From: the human T2T-CHM13v2.0 reference genome, Homo sapiens
Assembly (NCBI RefSeq): GCF_009914755.1
Contig: NC_060938.1
Length of the DNA: 64,000 bases
Strand: one strand, 5' to 3'
Part shown: positions 30,611 through 45,380 of the stretch, piece after piece
Position numbering within the stretch: the first letter of the stretch is position 1
Layout: every line of letters starts with the position of its first letter
The notes under the pieces: model-generated
The model's database searches: none
What the model was told of the DNA's origin: nothing
What the model saw: the letters and a program-made list of their open reading frames with translations, nothing else
Program-made: the position numbers and the translations under genes

Positions 30611-32060
30611 TGTCTCAGTTATCTATGGATGCATAACAAACCATCTGAAAACATAGTGTCTCATATGGCAACCAATTATTTAATCACAATTCTGTGGATT
30701 GGCAATTTGTCCTATGCTCAGCTCAGCTAAGCAGTTCTTTTGATAAATTACTCTAGGCTCACTCATGTATTTGCAGTCAGTTGGTGGGTAAGCTGGAATT
30801 GGCTGGCCCCAGATGGTCTCACTCCCATATCTGGGGCTAAGCTGGGATGGCTGGAATGGTGAGATGGGTGGGGTGTCTGGGCCTCTCTTTCCACATGATG
30901 TCTCATCGTCCAGGGGCTAGGCTGGACTTGTTCACAGGTGGCAGTCTTCTGAGAGAGTGAGAGAGCCTCACTCACTCAAGGCCTCTCAGAAGTCACACAG
31001 CATCATTTCTGTAGCATTCAACAGGTCAAAGCAAGTTCCAAGGCCGGCCCAGATTCAAAGAGTGGAGAAATAGGATCTTTGTGGTTATTGAAGGATTGGC
31101 AAGAATTTTATGGTCACATTTAATCTACCACAATCTGTCCTTTGGACATAATTATTTACCTTCTTTCCATATGCAAAATATGCTCACCATTTTATATGAC
31201 CTCCACAAGTCTTATTCATTTATGGCTTCAGGCTTAAAGTCTAGTATCTTGTGATCTGCATGTGATATGTCACTGATTAAACTTCTTGGTAACTGATTCT
31301 CTTGATTCAGAGTCCTGTGAACTAAGAAGGAAAGTTATCTTCCCTCTCTGCACCCAAGACACAATGTTGAGACAGGGACAGGATCATAGCAATAAGCTTC
31401 TGTTCAAAAAGAGGAAGGGAAAGCAGATAGCAGTCATTGGTCTATAGCAGCTCCAGCCATAAACACATCAACAGTTCCTCTGTCTCCAGGAATAGCATAC
31501 ATGCCTTGATTATGATCTGGTTTTGTTTCCTAGAAATAGTTCCCTAATCTGTTCTTGTCCTCCTGAGCTCTTGGCTCCACTCTCTGAGACATCTTTTCTT
31601 TTCAATAAGAAATGGTCCATGTTGCAGCTGAGTAACTTTCTCAATCTGCTTCGTGCATGTAGGAGTTAGGGTCCCATATATCTCTTTTCATTTAGAACTG
31701 CGTCTCTTTAGTTTTAGCTGGTGGTGCTTTTGCTAGTATGACTTTCTTAAAAACTTTGTGGATTTTTAGTGAATCTCATTGGGGTCCTGAGCCCCCAAAG
31801 CCACATCTATAATGATTTTTGAGGCAGTCCTTCCTATATTTTGGGCGTTTCAGTGTGCCCTTAAAATTATTAGAAGCCCTGTTATAGCTGAGAGCCTCAA
31901 TTAGACATCGCCTTATAACTTTCTGAAGCCTTAACAAAGGATCTTAGAGTCATAGACCATATTCTTCCTTTGATCTTTATCCTGAGGCCATTCTTACTTT
32001 GAGAATCGTTTCTAAGCTTGTGGGACCAGGATTTCAAACAGTTCTATTTTCTAAATCAGC
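30611..32060 (-). mobile_element. MLT1-family MaLR LTR (30611-31132) plus internal sequence
   Basis: tgtctcagttatctat...taacaaacc start, aatctaccaca end, followed by MLT1-int-like sequence. Confidence 0.7.
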
Positions 32061-32743
32061 ATGTTTTGGCTCTGGGGACATACGTAACATATTTGACACC
32101 CAGGGTAGATCATTTTTTAACACTTCCCTCTTTATATGACAAACTTATTTTTAGTAACAAGCTTCAAATTAGCACATTTTTATTGCTTATCCTTTAATAA
32201 ACATTGTGTTTTACACAGACATTAATTTGGAGAATTTCCATTAAGTTCATAACAGTTCAGAATTGTATGAGCTTGCCCTGGGTAGTTTGTATTCTACCTC
32301 TTTGTACTGCATATTCCCTGAATGGTATATTTGAAATAAGCAATGATAGCATCGTGATTGGAAAGATGAAGAGACAGACCTTGATTATTTCAATTCTGTG
32401 ATTTTGTGAGACCACTTGGAGTTATTTCTATGTGTTTAAAATTCAAAGCAGTGAAGCAAAGTGGTTGGAGTGAACATTTGAAAACATGTCCAGCTGAATC
32501 TCCATCTAAGGGAAGCCTCTCTAGTTTAGTTTGGAAATGAATGAGCTGAATCCACATGGGTTGAGGCCTTTCAAATATATTATCAAAACTTAGTAGGAAT
32601 CCTAGCAATTATTTAGAACTTCGATCAACTGAAGATTATTTTTGGGGAAATGTATTTTATTGCTGACATTGTTTAGAATTGATGGCATGTGGTAATAAAG
32701 CAGGTTGACTTTTAGTCGGTATTCCAGATATTATCATATGCAG

Positions 32744-34330
32744 TGTATCCAGATACTCCATAAGAAATTGCTCAAAATTTACATCGTAAAACAGCAACAT
32801 TTAGTTATGTTCATAGACTCTGTGGATCAGAGATTCGGACAGGGCATGATGGAGATAGCTTGTCTCTGTTTGATGTTTGGGGCTTCATCTGGGAAGACTT
32901 GAATGCTGAGGGTTTTAATTATCTAGAGGTTTCTAGATCATACGTTTGGGCTCTGGGATGGGGTGACTTGAAGACTAGGCTAAGCCAGCGCCATTGACTC
33001 AAGACTGAAACATGGTCTCTCCCTGTGGCTTGGCTGTCTCATGGCATCCTGGCAGAGATCTGGGAGGAGTATCTAATGAGGAAGTTTCTGAAGAGAGAAC
33101 ATCTCAAGGCAGCAAGTGGAAGCTGCGTGTCCTTTTATAAGCATCATTTCTGTCATGCTATATTGGTTGAAGCAGTTGCAAGCCCATCCAGATTCAAGGG
33201 GAGGGAAACTATCCTTGACTTCTTGATGGGAGGAGTGTGGAGAACCCGCCTCTGGTCACAGATTATTTACATTCTTTCCACTTGCAAAATCCTGACTGGA
33301 GGTCCAAGATCTTCTCATCAAAATCAAGTTCAGGTGTAGATGAGGCTTTTTGGGCTTGGCTCCTTAAGTATTCTTCCTTTTGCTTTGAATACTTGTGAAT
33401 GAAAGAAATGTTATCTGCATCCTGCACAGCTAACATGCAATAGTGATACAGGGGTAGGATTACTGCAGTAGAGACTCATGTAAAAAGTGAGGAAATGAGA
33501 GGAAGGTAGTCATGTCCGAATCTCTGATCCACAGAGCCTATGAACATAATTAAATGTTGCTGTTTTATGCCGCTAAATTTTGAGTAATTTCTTATGGAGT
33601 ATCTGGAGTCCTTAGAAATTCTGAAAGTCACAGGGCACATGTCACTTGTTCCTTAGTTAGGTGCGAGTCCTGCTTCCTGGGAGCTGGTCTCTTTGGCTCT
33701 AGGCCCCACCCTCTGGGAGATGCCCATCTTTTCCTTCTCATAAAAAGTAGCCTGTCATTTACAGCTAAGTAGTTTTATCAGCCTATTTTTTGCTTATAGA
33801 AGTTTGGAAATCCCAAAACATCTTCTTTTTTGGGCTGTCTCTGTCCCTTTCAATCTACAATGGTATAATTCCATTAAAAACATGGGCTCTTATGTCTCAA
33901 TTTATAAACCTGCTTCATTAAACGTGAGTCAAATGCACAAACCTCTTTGGGATAAGTCCTTCTACACCTTATGCTCTCTATGAGGCTCCTGGGAATGATG
34001 ACTTACGATTCTTAGAACCCTTATTGTTGAATGAAGTGGATGCTGAGGTATGCCCTTAAGATCCTTAGAAGGCACCCCCCACCCACCCCCGGCTTTTTTT
34101 TTTTTTTTTTTTTGTCTATCTAAAAGAGTCAATGGTGTACCATATTAAATTCTGAGTTCTTAACAAAGGGTTTTATATTCGAGCCCTTGCTATCATTTTT
34201 TTCCTACTGAGACCACATTTTCCTGATAGGGCCCTGGATTTGATGTTTGCCTTGAAACTTTTTCTTACCTTGAGAATCCTATGCTGGCTGGAAGGACTGT
34301 CCTGAGCTCAATATTTTCCCTTTAAATTCT
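32744..34330 (-). mobile_element. Second MLT1-family LTR plus internal sequence
   Basis: Motifs paralogous to 30611-32060 (ccagattcaagg, cagctaagtag); contains an inverted 95-bp insert. Confidence 0.65.
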
Positions 34331-35299
34331 AGGTGAAGACAGATTAATTCATTATTTTATCTCCCTCCTCTCACAAGCTCTGAGTTCATAAAGCCTTAGA
34401 GTCTAACGCCCCCTTGGGGGTGTTCACATCTTCACAAGCACTATTGAAAGAGACATTGACTATGTGGTGGTCGCATCTCTCATAGGCTTGGGGCACGTCT
34501 CCAATAGCTTCATGTGGGTGCTGCCTCACTCCTCTGCCTCCCGCCAGGGCAGCTTGAACAGTACCACCCCTGAACTTGGAAATGTCTTACGCTCCACCAC
34601 TTTTCTCGTTCCCATCACTTCATTTGCGGTTCCCTTCCTGCGGTTGATGTCAATGCTGACTCTACGAAGGGTTCTGGCTGTGTATGTCCCTGTGGTCTTC
34701 ACAGAGTGCCGGTGGGCATGGGAAGGCCTGGCTTGAGGCCATCACTTTGGCACAGCACAGTCTCTGTCTTTGAATGCAGCATCTACCTGTCCTTGAATGC
34801 GACAAGGACAGAGGAGCTGTAGCGGAAATCTACTCTTTCAGGTGGATAAAATAATTTTGAAAGAGTTTATTCCGGGAGTTAACATCATTTCTTTTCTTCC
34901 CTGATGTGCTGTGATGTTGCACTCTCTGATCCATGGTTCTGTTTTTTTCTTTATATTTCTGCTGAAAAACTCTTGGAATGTTAACTTGAAATAATCCAGA
35001 AAGTGTCCTCCTCCTCGCTCCCCCCATGGCTGAGGTAACTTTACACAGGGCTTCCCAACACAATGCCACTGATATTTAGAGCATTTCTACTACTCACAGG
35101 AATAGAAAACACTCCTCGCCTTTATTTTTTAACTATGACTGAAATCTAGGTAGTGGGAGAATAACCTGCGCTTTGGAAACTAGTGGCCCTTGAATGTGTT
35201 GTCACTTCGAGTGGCCCCTTAAGTTTTCATTTATTCTGATTCTTAGCCAAGTTTACCTCGGTGGTCAATTTTAATTGATTTCACTTTCTTGGCTTCTAG

Positions 35300-35529
35300 A
35301 ACTGCAGTTCCCACGTTAGAAGAGCAGTTGTCACCTGCTTCTCAGCAGGGTGCTGTGGTCGTCACGGAAACAGGCCTGTTCGGTACTGCAAGAGGTGCCA
35401 CTCAAATCATCACAGTAATGAAGTGGGGGCCGCTGCGGAGACTCACCTCTATCAGACCTCTCCTCCGCCCATCAACACGCGGGAATGCGGCGCTGAGGAG
35501 CTGGTCTGCGCCGTGGAAGCCGTGATCAG
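35300..35529 (+). CDS. UNC79: UNC79 coding exon E (230 nt; NCSSHVRRAVVTCFSAGCCGRH...VCAVEAVIS)
   Basis: Acceptor ctttcttggcttctag, donor AG|gtaaca; open, CpG-rich frame; phase 0 to 2. Confidence 0.94.
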
Positions 35530-35679
35530 GTAACACGCAGTTTCTTAGTAGCTGCCTCTGACAACTCCACCTTGCTTTGAGCTAAGCTCCGCACACTGAG
35601 ATGTGCATATTTAATGCAACCTCAAATGCCCTTAGCCCAGATGCTCACCTTCCCACAGTGTTGTAATGATGCTATTTTA

Positions 35680-35900
35680 ATTCATGAATTCAATGAATAT
35701 TTTTACGGATGCCAGTTATGTGCCACGCACTATGCTGGGCACATGGGAGGCAGGAGGGAATAAAATATAGTCTCTGCCCTTAAGTTACCCATGTAGGGAC
35801 TAGAAAAACATAAGCACGTCATTGTGGTACGGTTTGGTGAGCTCAGTAATAGCATTGAGGAAAGGGCGTTAGGGGAACTAGGTGAAGGGGCCAATCAGAG
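35680..35900 (-). mobile_element. L2 3' fragment
   Basis: tatgtgccacgcactatgctgggc...agtctctgccct motif. Confidence 0.6.
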
Positions 35901-36183
35901 TGAAGCGTGTGAATAGGCCTGGCTTGACTGACAGCAGCATTAACCAGTCAGGAGGCGGGGAAGGCAACAAGGGCGAATTACCTGCATAGGAAACAGGTGC
36001 GGGACAACTCCAAGTAATTCCATGCTGGGATAAACCACGACCCTGTGTAGTCAGACAGGGACAGCAGGGACAGGTCCTGCAGGCTACTGGGTTTTTCTTC
36101 TTCTATCACATGACCAAAAAAAAAAAAAAAAAAGCAATTGAAATAACTTCTACCCTTCCTCTCTTTTTGTCTGATACTCATAG

Positions 36184-36512
<329 letters not shown>

Positions 36513-36551
36513 TCCAGGCAAGATTTTTTTTTTTAATTAAATAAATAATAT

Positions 36552-36862
<311 letters not shown>

Positions 36863-37970
36863 TTAGAATCTAAGTGTTAAAGGATAGAGGCCAAGTCTTT
36901 TCTGTTTCTCTTATCCCAGTGGCTGACACGTAGTAGAAATACAATTAATGTTTGTCAAATCGAATATTATGGAAAGTTTGAAAAGAAATAAAAACACTCA
37001 GCCATACTGATGATGATGTTATCACCATCATCATCAGTGTTGCTTATGTTCTAATTTTATTTAAATGTATGTTTCATTTCTATAACTGTAATCAGTGTAT
37101 CCACAATTCTTTTTGAAATAACATTACACTATTAGCTCTTCTCCACGTCGTTGCATGGTTTCCATATTTATCATTTGTAGTGGATATAATATTAATCTAG
37201 CTATAACTTACTTTTCTCTATCGTTACATATTTAGACTGCTTCCAGTTTTTTACTTTTATAAGTAACGCTTTGAGAAATATTTTTGTACATAGTGCTGTA
37301 CCTATATTTTTTATTTTCTTAGGGTAGATGACCAGATATCAAATACCTTGGTTCAAAGGGTATGAATATTTACATGGCTCTTAATACATTACCAAGTTGC
37401 TTTTCAAAGCATGTGTATAGATTTACAATGCCAACACCATGTATAAAACTTACCAATACTGAGTGTTGCTTTTTAAAATTGGAACTTGTTTAGCAAACGG
37501 AAAAAAGAATTTTCACTGTTTCACTTTCGTGTCTTTGAATATCAGATGGTGAATATTTTTCCATTTGGGCACAAGCTCCTCAACCTTTCCTTGTATCATG
37601 CATTTGCTGTCTGCACAGTTTCATGATAGATATAGAGGAAGCATTGACTTATAGTGGGATGGTTGGTGAACCAGAAGTCAGAAAGGATCAGTTCTGCTTG
37701 ATGCTAATTGATTGGAGGAACTAGCCTCTTTGTGCCTCAGTTTGTTCATCTTTGAAATGGGAATGGAGTATAAAATAGTAAGAAAATAGAATGAGGCATC
37801 CTGGAGTAACTCAGGATGCACAGTACTCAGTAACTCAGTAACACAGTACTCAATTTAAAGAAGAGCAATCCAGGATGCTTGAGTACTCGTGAGGTACTTC
37901 CTCTGAATGGGTCATGATCTAGAATGTGTTTTTTCACAGTCTAACTTGAAATCACACTGCTCTTTGGCAG

Positions 37971-38142
37971 CTTGTTGAAAGAAGCCGAGTTCCATGCTGA
38001 GCAGCGAGAACATGAGCTGAACCGGCGGCGGCAGCTGGGCCTCTCCTCTTCCCACCATTCCCTGGATAATGCTGACTTTGATAACAAGGACGATGATAAA
38101 CACGATCAGAGGCTGCTCAGTCAATTCGGAATATGGTTCTTA
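37971..38142 (+). CDS. UNC79: UNC79 coding exon F (172 nt; LLKEAEFHAEQREHELNRRRQ...QFGIWFL)
   Basis: Acceptor ctctttggcag, donor TTA|gtaaga; matches ORF 37972..38160; phase 2 to 0. Confidence 0.94.
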
Positions 38143-39034
38143 GTAAGAAAAAGAAGTTAACTATTCTCCACTTTCTTATTTCTCATTTCAAAATTGTACT
38201 GAAGAGGAATTTCTCCTGTTCTTTTAAAAGGAGTAAATAGTGAAAAATTAACCTTAGCAATGGGGCTGAAGCTATGGCAATAGCTGTCAATCCTGAGCTG
38301 CATGTTAGATTTAGCTAGGAAAGCTTTTAAAAACTAACAATGCCCAGATCGCATTCCAGAATCTTGGGAATTTTTTAAAAAGCTCTTGGCCATTGATTTT
38401 GATGAAGAGCCAGGTGTTAAACCTACAGTATCAGGATCTAGACTGGTACAAGTCGGGAAGTTGCTAGTATATATTGTCAAGTACTGGATTCAATAACATA
38501 TACAGATAATTCACATCCCATCACCTATGTAGATGAAATTTTTCTTGAAAGTTCAGTCTCTGTGGAGCTTTTTGTGTGTTTATGATATGTCTATGTACAC
38601 CAGAGACGTTATAGCCAAAGTAATGCAAGGAATATGATTGCTATTGACTGATTTAACTTCAACATCTATTCAGTAGAGATCAAACATACAGATCTAACGT
38701 CCCAAGCAAGCTGAATTTACCAATGCGGCAGAGAAGCAGGCTTTTGTTTTGCTCATTGGAGACATTAATTCAGTCTCCATAGTGATATATCTCTATTGTG
38801 CTTGCATATAGTTCCGTGAAAGAGTCTTTACCAAATTGGCATTTAATTGTTGATTTCACATATCTTGCTTCCTAGAAGTTAGTATTTAATGACACAATGG
38901 CTACTGCTGTGAACTCTTTGAAGGCAAGGACAATGTTTTATTTATTTTTTTTATTCCTGGACCCTGCCATAGTACTCAATAGAAGATTAGTTCATAGTAA
39001 ATGAATGAATGATGTTTTAAAAAGTCTATTTATG

Positions 39035-39402
<368 letters not shown>

Positions 39403-39775
39403 TTAGCAAAATATGATCATTTTAGAACTGAAATGTATATACATTATTTTCATTGAGGATATTGATGAAATATCATTTTGTTGACCTAACTTTTTAGAAG
39501 CATTTATCTGGTGCAGATTATATAATAGATTCCTTGTAGGAGAAAATGCTTAATTGGAAGGTGAAATCTTGAGGGAAAATTGTTGTTGCAATCCATCTAT
39601 CCCTGTAGAAAGGAACACAGTTTCTGGATAAGCGATCCCCATTTTTAAAACTGCCTATTTCAAACAGATTATCTGGGATATCTTTTTATTTTTATTTTTT
39701 GCCTCTTAATGCACCTATAATAATTTTGTAAAGATGGATGGAAGCCGAACAAGGTTCTAATCTACCTACTTCTAG

Positions 39776-40006
39776 GTGAGCCTCTGCACACCCAGTGAGA
39801 ACACGCCTACAGAAAGCTTGGCCCGGCTGGTGGCCATGGTGTTTCAGTGGTTTCACTCCACTGCGTATATGATGGATGATGAAGTGGGAAGTCTGGTGGA
39901 AAAGCTGAAGCCTCAGTTTGTCACCAAATGGCTGAAGACCGTATGTGATGTTCGCTTCGATGTCATGGTCATGTGCCTTCTTCCTAAACCCATGGAATTT
40001 GCCAGG
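39776..40006 (+). CDS. UNC79: UNC79 coding exon G (231 nt; VSLCTPSENTPTESLARLV...PKPMEFAR)
   Basis: Branch-like ttctaat plus acceptor ctacttctag, donor AGG|gtaagt; matches ORF 39776..40039; phase 0 to 0. Confidence 0.95.
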
Positions 40007-40265
40007 GTAAGTGGAGGCCTACAGCTCACACCTTGTTAGAGAGGAGGACTTGGGGAGAAGTGCTGCCTTAGCCATGTGGGTATTATCAGTGTCTGCAGAG
40101 GAGGAACATCTCTCCTTATTTTAATTAATATAGCTAAATGAATTTAGTAACTGTATCTTGGATGATGTGCTGCTTTGATGTTGATTTGGGATGAGGAAGA
40201 ATGGCAAGATGCATTTGTGAGGTATCTTTAAGAATTTAAGGGACCATTCTTTCTCGACATTGCTG

Positions 40266-40978
40266 ATTTTTTTTTTTTTGAAATGGGATCTTGCTATGTC
40301 GCCCAGGCTGGCCGCCTTGAACTCCTGGGCTCAAGTGATCCTCCTGCCTCAGCCTCTGGAGTAGCCGGGAAGCTAAATATTTTTATTAAGAAACAACAAC
40401 AAAAAAGCCTTTCTATGAGGTTACTAGAGCTCAGTCCCCTTTTGGCTTAGAATCTTTGGAAAGATTACCATTCAAATAGGGGAAATGTCTTTTTTTCTTT
40501 TTTTAATCATGTATATATATATATACAGGTTAATGGTAGAAGTCCCTGCCCTGCCATTTGAAATGCCAAAAAGGTTCAGGGTCAGACAAAATGCACCTAT
40601 TCCTCTCACTTAAGAACAGATTTCTCTGTGCTGATCCTCTTGCTTCTGCCTCAGTGGATCACATCTGAGAAGAACCCATGTTTCTTTTTTCCTTTTTTTT
40701 TTTTTTGAGACAGGGTCTCACTTTGTCACCCAGGATGGACCGCAGTGGTGTAGTCATACTCACAGCAGCTTTGAACTCCTGGGCTCAAGAGATCCTCCCA
40801 CCTCAGAGACTACAGGCATGCATCACCACATCCATCTAATTAAAAAAATTTTTTTGGTAGAGATGGGGTCTCTCTATGTTGCTCAGGCTGGTCTCAGACT
40901 CTTGGCCTCCAGCGATCTTTCTGCCTCAGCCTCCCAAAGTGCTGGGATTATACAGGCATGAGCTGCTGTGAGCAGCCC
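40266..40978 (-). mobile_element. Alu monomer fragment (40266-40370) and AluJ (40683-40978)
   Basis: Poly-T-led Alu sequence. Confidence 0.85.
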
Positions 40979-43028
40979 ATATTTTTTGAATATGATGTAA
41001 TTTGCATCTAACCCAGAAAGGTGGATGTCCAGAATCAGGTTTTGGCAGTAATATGTGAAATTTTTTTTCCAAGTGTTTTCTAAGTGTTATTTTTATTTGT
41101 GATTTTTTATTTCCTTTCAAAGAGATCTTGAGGCAGTTTTCAGTAGAAACCTGTGCTAAAGTAGGACATTTAAGGATAAAACAGCACAGACCATCTATAG
41201 GGGTAACTTTTATTGGATTTTCAGGACTCAGAGTGATCTGTGCATTTATGGAGATGTACTTCTTTCTTCTTTGGTGCCACCTACTGACTCACTTAGAAAA
41301 TTGAATTTTTGCCTAAAGGAAATTTCCCATTTTCTGACATTCTTTGCCTGTGTTGATATATTTTCTATTATTATGTCTATTGGAATAGTGAAGGATTGAT
41401 GTGACATGCTTCTGGAAAATGAGAAGAAATGATTATGTTGGGAGAAAAACTTTTCTTATTCCAACTTAGGTGCAGATGTTTTGGGGCCTGCAAATTAACT
41501 GATAACAGTTTAACTGGAGAGAAGACAAAGTTTATTTATGAGTACATGTGGGAGATCTCAAGGATAAATTACTTCCTGAATAGCCAGAAATAAAAGATTT
41601 ATATATCAAACTTAACAAAAGGTTTACTTAAGGGCTTCAGTGAGAAGGTATGGAAGGTTCCATTGGGTTTTTTAATGCCATGGGAGCTGGGCAGGAACTG
41701 GGCTATCTCCACAGCAGCTGAATCCACAGGAAACTCCCTTTCGGGGGGGTTAACAGAAGGGTTTTCTCTGGAGACTCTGCTAGAGTCACATAACGGAAGT
41801 TCGGCTAAGATTTCTTTTTGCATCTTCTTTAGCTTAAATGTTTTCACTTTAAAATACTCTTTATACCAACTGTAGGGTTTTGGTGGATAACATTTCCCTC
41901 ATCTGAAACTTCCCTTGAAGTTTCAACATACATGAAAGAAGCTAGGTTGATTTCTATAGAGGGAAGATTTAGGCTAGAAATTGTGAGGTAAGAGATCTGC
42001 AGAGGAGAACAAGAGCATAGAATGAGGAACCAGAAAAGCACAGATTAATGGTTGGGATAGATTATAAATCTAGGTTTTGAGTACGGAGGGCAGACAGTTG
42101 AGAAGATGTCTAGATGTTGGTCTTGAAGCATGTTTAGACGGTGGAGTGAGAACATCGGTGTCACAGTTATGGTTATTTTCCAGAGCAGAGCAGAGAAGAG
42201 GTGAGTGTTTGGTGAACTTCCTGAGTGGACCAAACTGTTGTAGCAATAAGTCCTTTGAATTTTATATCATATTGTCCCACTTCAGCTTTTAGGGCTTTGT
42301 AACAAGATAACCCAGAGTCTTAATAATGATCTAGGAAGTTAGGTTTTAGTTCTCAGTGGTGCCATGTCAGGTGGGTAGGAGAAAAGTTAGAAGTGTTAAT
42401 TACTGGCAAAATGGGCAAGACAGAAGGATCTAGTTTACAAAGAGGTGAAAACTATCTCAAAGGTGATGAACAGGACTAGAATCTGATCACTCACAAGGGT
42501 GGGTTATAGTTTTTCATCAAAACATAAAATTTCTCTTTACAATCACCTGCATTTTGACCAAAAATAATCAAAGTAAGATTACTTTTGGTTACAAAATTAG
42601 TCTCTTTAAATTTGGTCTGATCATTTGCACAAGCACAGCAAGAATGGTAATTGACCACTTAGGGCTTTTTAAAGTTTGCATTGCCAGAACTCTTAAAAGG
42701 AATCTCAGATTGGACTTTTAGAGGTTTCTTGATGCTAGAAGTCAGGCCAAGAACTTGTCACCAGATTTCATCTGTAATACTTATAGATTTGGGTGAATTC
42801 CTTTCTCCTTGAGGTCTCCCAAATATTCTAAGTTTCCTAGGAAGTGACCTTTTTTACTCATCTGTAAGGCTGAGAATTCTGTAATGCAGGTATCGAATCT
42901 GTTTTTCCAAGAGGGCTTTGAAAACCCTGGCTCCATAAAGTCAATCTTAGTTCCTTAAAACTGTTTAGTCATATCAGATTCCATGCAATTCACAAATATG
43001 ACATTCTGCAAAGACTTAGTAATATAAC

Positions 43029-43725
43029 TGTAACTGCCTGATGGGTTCTTCCTGCCTGCTGCACAAACAACATCGATTCACGGAATTGAGTATAGAAAGA
43101 GTTTAATTGACATGAGGCCAGCCGTGCCACACGAGAGACTGAGTTATTGCTCAAATCAGTCTCATCAAAGGCTTGTAGGTTAGGGGTTTCTCAAAGTCAA
43201 TTTGGAGGAAGGAGTAGGGGTGGCTAGGCAGTGGATGTTTGCTGCTGCTGATGGTTGGGTTGGAGATGAAATCATAGGGAGTTGAAGCTGTCCTCTTATG
43301 CTGAGTTGATTATGGGTGCGGACACAGGAGGACATGGCTCCAGGTGGAGCCATGGGTGTCAGACATGCAAAAAAACATGAAAAGCTATCTCAAAAGGCCA
43401 ATCTTAGGTTCTATCATAGTGATGTTATCCGCAGGAATAATTGGAGAAGCTGCATATCTTGTGACCTCTGGAATAACAGCTGGCAACCATTTATGTCTAC
43501 ACCTTAGCTGAATTCAGGCTCCTTTCCTCCTCATAGCCTTGTGGTCTCTTTAGAAAGGCATTTGAATTTTGGAGAAGGGCTACTATCATTTAAACTATAA
43601 GCTAAATATCTCCCAAAGCTAGTTTGGCAGTTTAAATGCTAAAGGCAAGAGGGGGGTTGGCTAGATCCGATCTCCTCCACTGTCATTATTTTCTCACTGT
43701 CATAATTTTTGCAAAGGTGGTTTCA
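43029..43725 (-). mobile_element. LTR8A-like solo LTR
   Basis: Reverse begins tgaaaccacctttgcaaaaattatgacagtgag; 4-bp TSD TAAC. Confidence 0.8.
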
Positions 43726-45013
43726 TAACCAAGTTTCCCAATTATGTCCTGTTAAAAGCAGAACAGATTGTTATTCAACTTATGCAAATAGCTATAATGC
43801 TATGAAAATAGGAATATTCAATAAGAGCTTCTGAATTCTGGAGGAATCAAGTAGAGAGAAAAAAGATATATTTCATGTTTGTTTACAAAGGTATAAATCT
43901 ACCAAATTATTGTGAGTTATAGATAGCTTAGGAGAAAAGAGAAAGGGGTTCCTTGTATCTGAAAAACAGAACATTGATTGAAAAACTAGCAATGTTCTAA
44001 ACAAAAAACGATACAAATTATAATCATTTATCATTCAGTCCTATGTAATTCAGTCTTGTTCTGCTTGATTGAGTTAGCAGTTAATGAACCCATTAGCTGC
44101 TCCACTAGAGTTCTGGCAATCCTTACTCATTCCAGTGGTATGATCTCAATTATTTAAGCAATGCCACCAGAAGCCTGTACCCCAGGGTACCTGTCATAGT
44201 CCTTTCCATGGATCTCAGAGACAATCTGTTTATGTTGAAAATAAGCATTTTTGCTAGTAGCTGATTGCAAGAGTTTTCAGAGAAACATCAGATAACAATT
44301 ACTATCTGAATGACAAAAGGCTTAAAATAGTCATAGTTAAAGATCTGCTGAAAGTTCACTGTGACACAGTTGACAAGGCAGTTTTGTTGTTTCTGTAGCA
44401 TGAAACATTAAAATAATAACAAAATGATAACTGATAATATTTTGTCATTGTTGTCTACCATCAAAGAAGCATAAAGATGTATCATGCCAGCAAGGGCATT
44501 GACAAATTTCTAGGAACTTTATATAATTCCCGAAATATTTGTATTCATAACATTTACCTATACAAATGTAACCTAAGGACAGTTAAACATCTCTTTTTAT
44601 TTGACAACGCTTTCCATAGACTTCAACTTATCAAATAAACCTAATTAGTTTAATGTATCTTTTTATAGGTAAGAACAAATCCTTTGAGATTTTCAAGCGT
44701 CCCTCTGGGAAATTTCAGGTCAGTTCAAGACCAGGATTTTATTTAGGATTTGGCTTTGGAAAGGCAAAATATCAAAAGTTATCAGAAATGTCAAAAGATT
44801 TGAGTACTTGATTAACCAACATTACAGGTCACTGTGAAACAATTCTTAGTTATTTATTTAACCTATATGACACTAAGAGATTTCAAAAGTAAATATAGGG
44901 AGCAACACAATTGTAAGAAACAAAAAGAGAAACAAAACTTAGCTCTTTTAATATTTAGAAGACTTGGTTCTCTTAAATAGTCTAGGACATGATAAAGACA
45001 AAAAGCACAGGAA

Positions 45014-45340
45014 GGCCAGGAGTAGTGGCTCATGCCTGTAATCCCAGCACTTTGGGAGACCGAGGTTGGAGAATCACTTGAGCCCAAGAGTTTGAGATCA
45101 GCCTGGGCAACCTAGGGAGACCTTGTCTCTACAAAAAATAAAAAAAAAATTATCCTGGCATGTTGGCTCGCACCTGTAGTCCCAGATACTTGGGAGGCTG
45201 AGGTGAGAGGATCACTGGGAGGTTGAGACTGCAGTGAGCCATGATCACGCACTTGCACTCCAGCCTGGGTGACAGAGTGAGACCCTGTCTCAAAAAAACA
45301 AACAACAAAAAATCAAAAACAAAAACAAAAACAAAAAAAA
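45014..45340 (+). mobile_element. AluJ
   Basis: Dimer with (CAAAAA)n tail; TSD-like cacaggaa. Confidence 0.9.
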
Positions 45341-45380
45341 CACAGGAAATTATTCTGATAAGACACAGAGTCTTTGTTTC

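Noticed and set aside
35289-35525. ORF-track peptide MASRTAVPTLEEQ...
   Set aside because: Wrong frame over exon E; splice phases require the NCSSHVRR frame.
37800-37895. Repeated cagtaactcag/cagtactc motifs, superficially array-like
   Set aside because: Short irregular slippage repeats with no repeat-spacer periodicity; a CRISPR array is not plausible in primate intron DNA.
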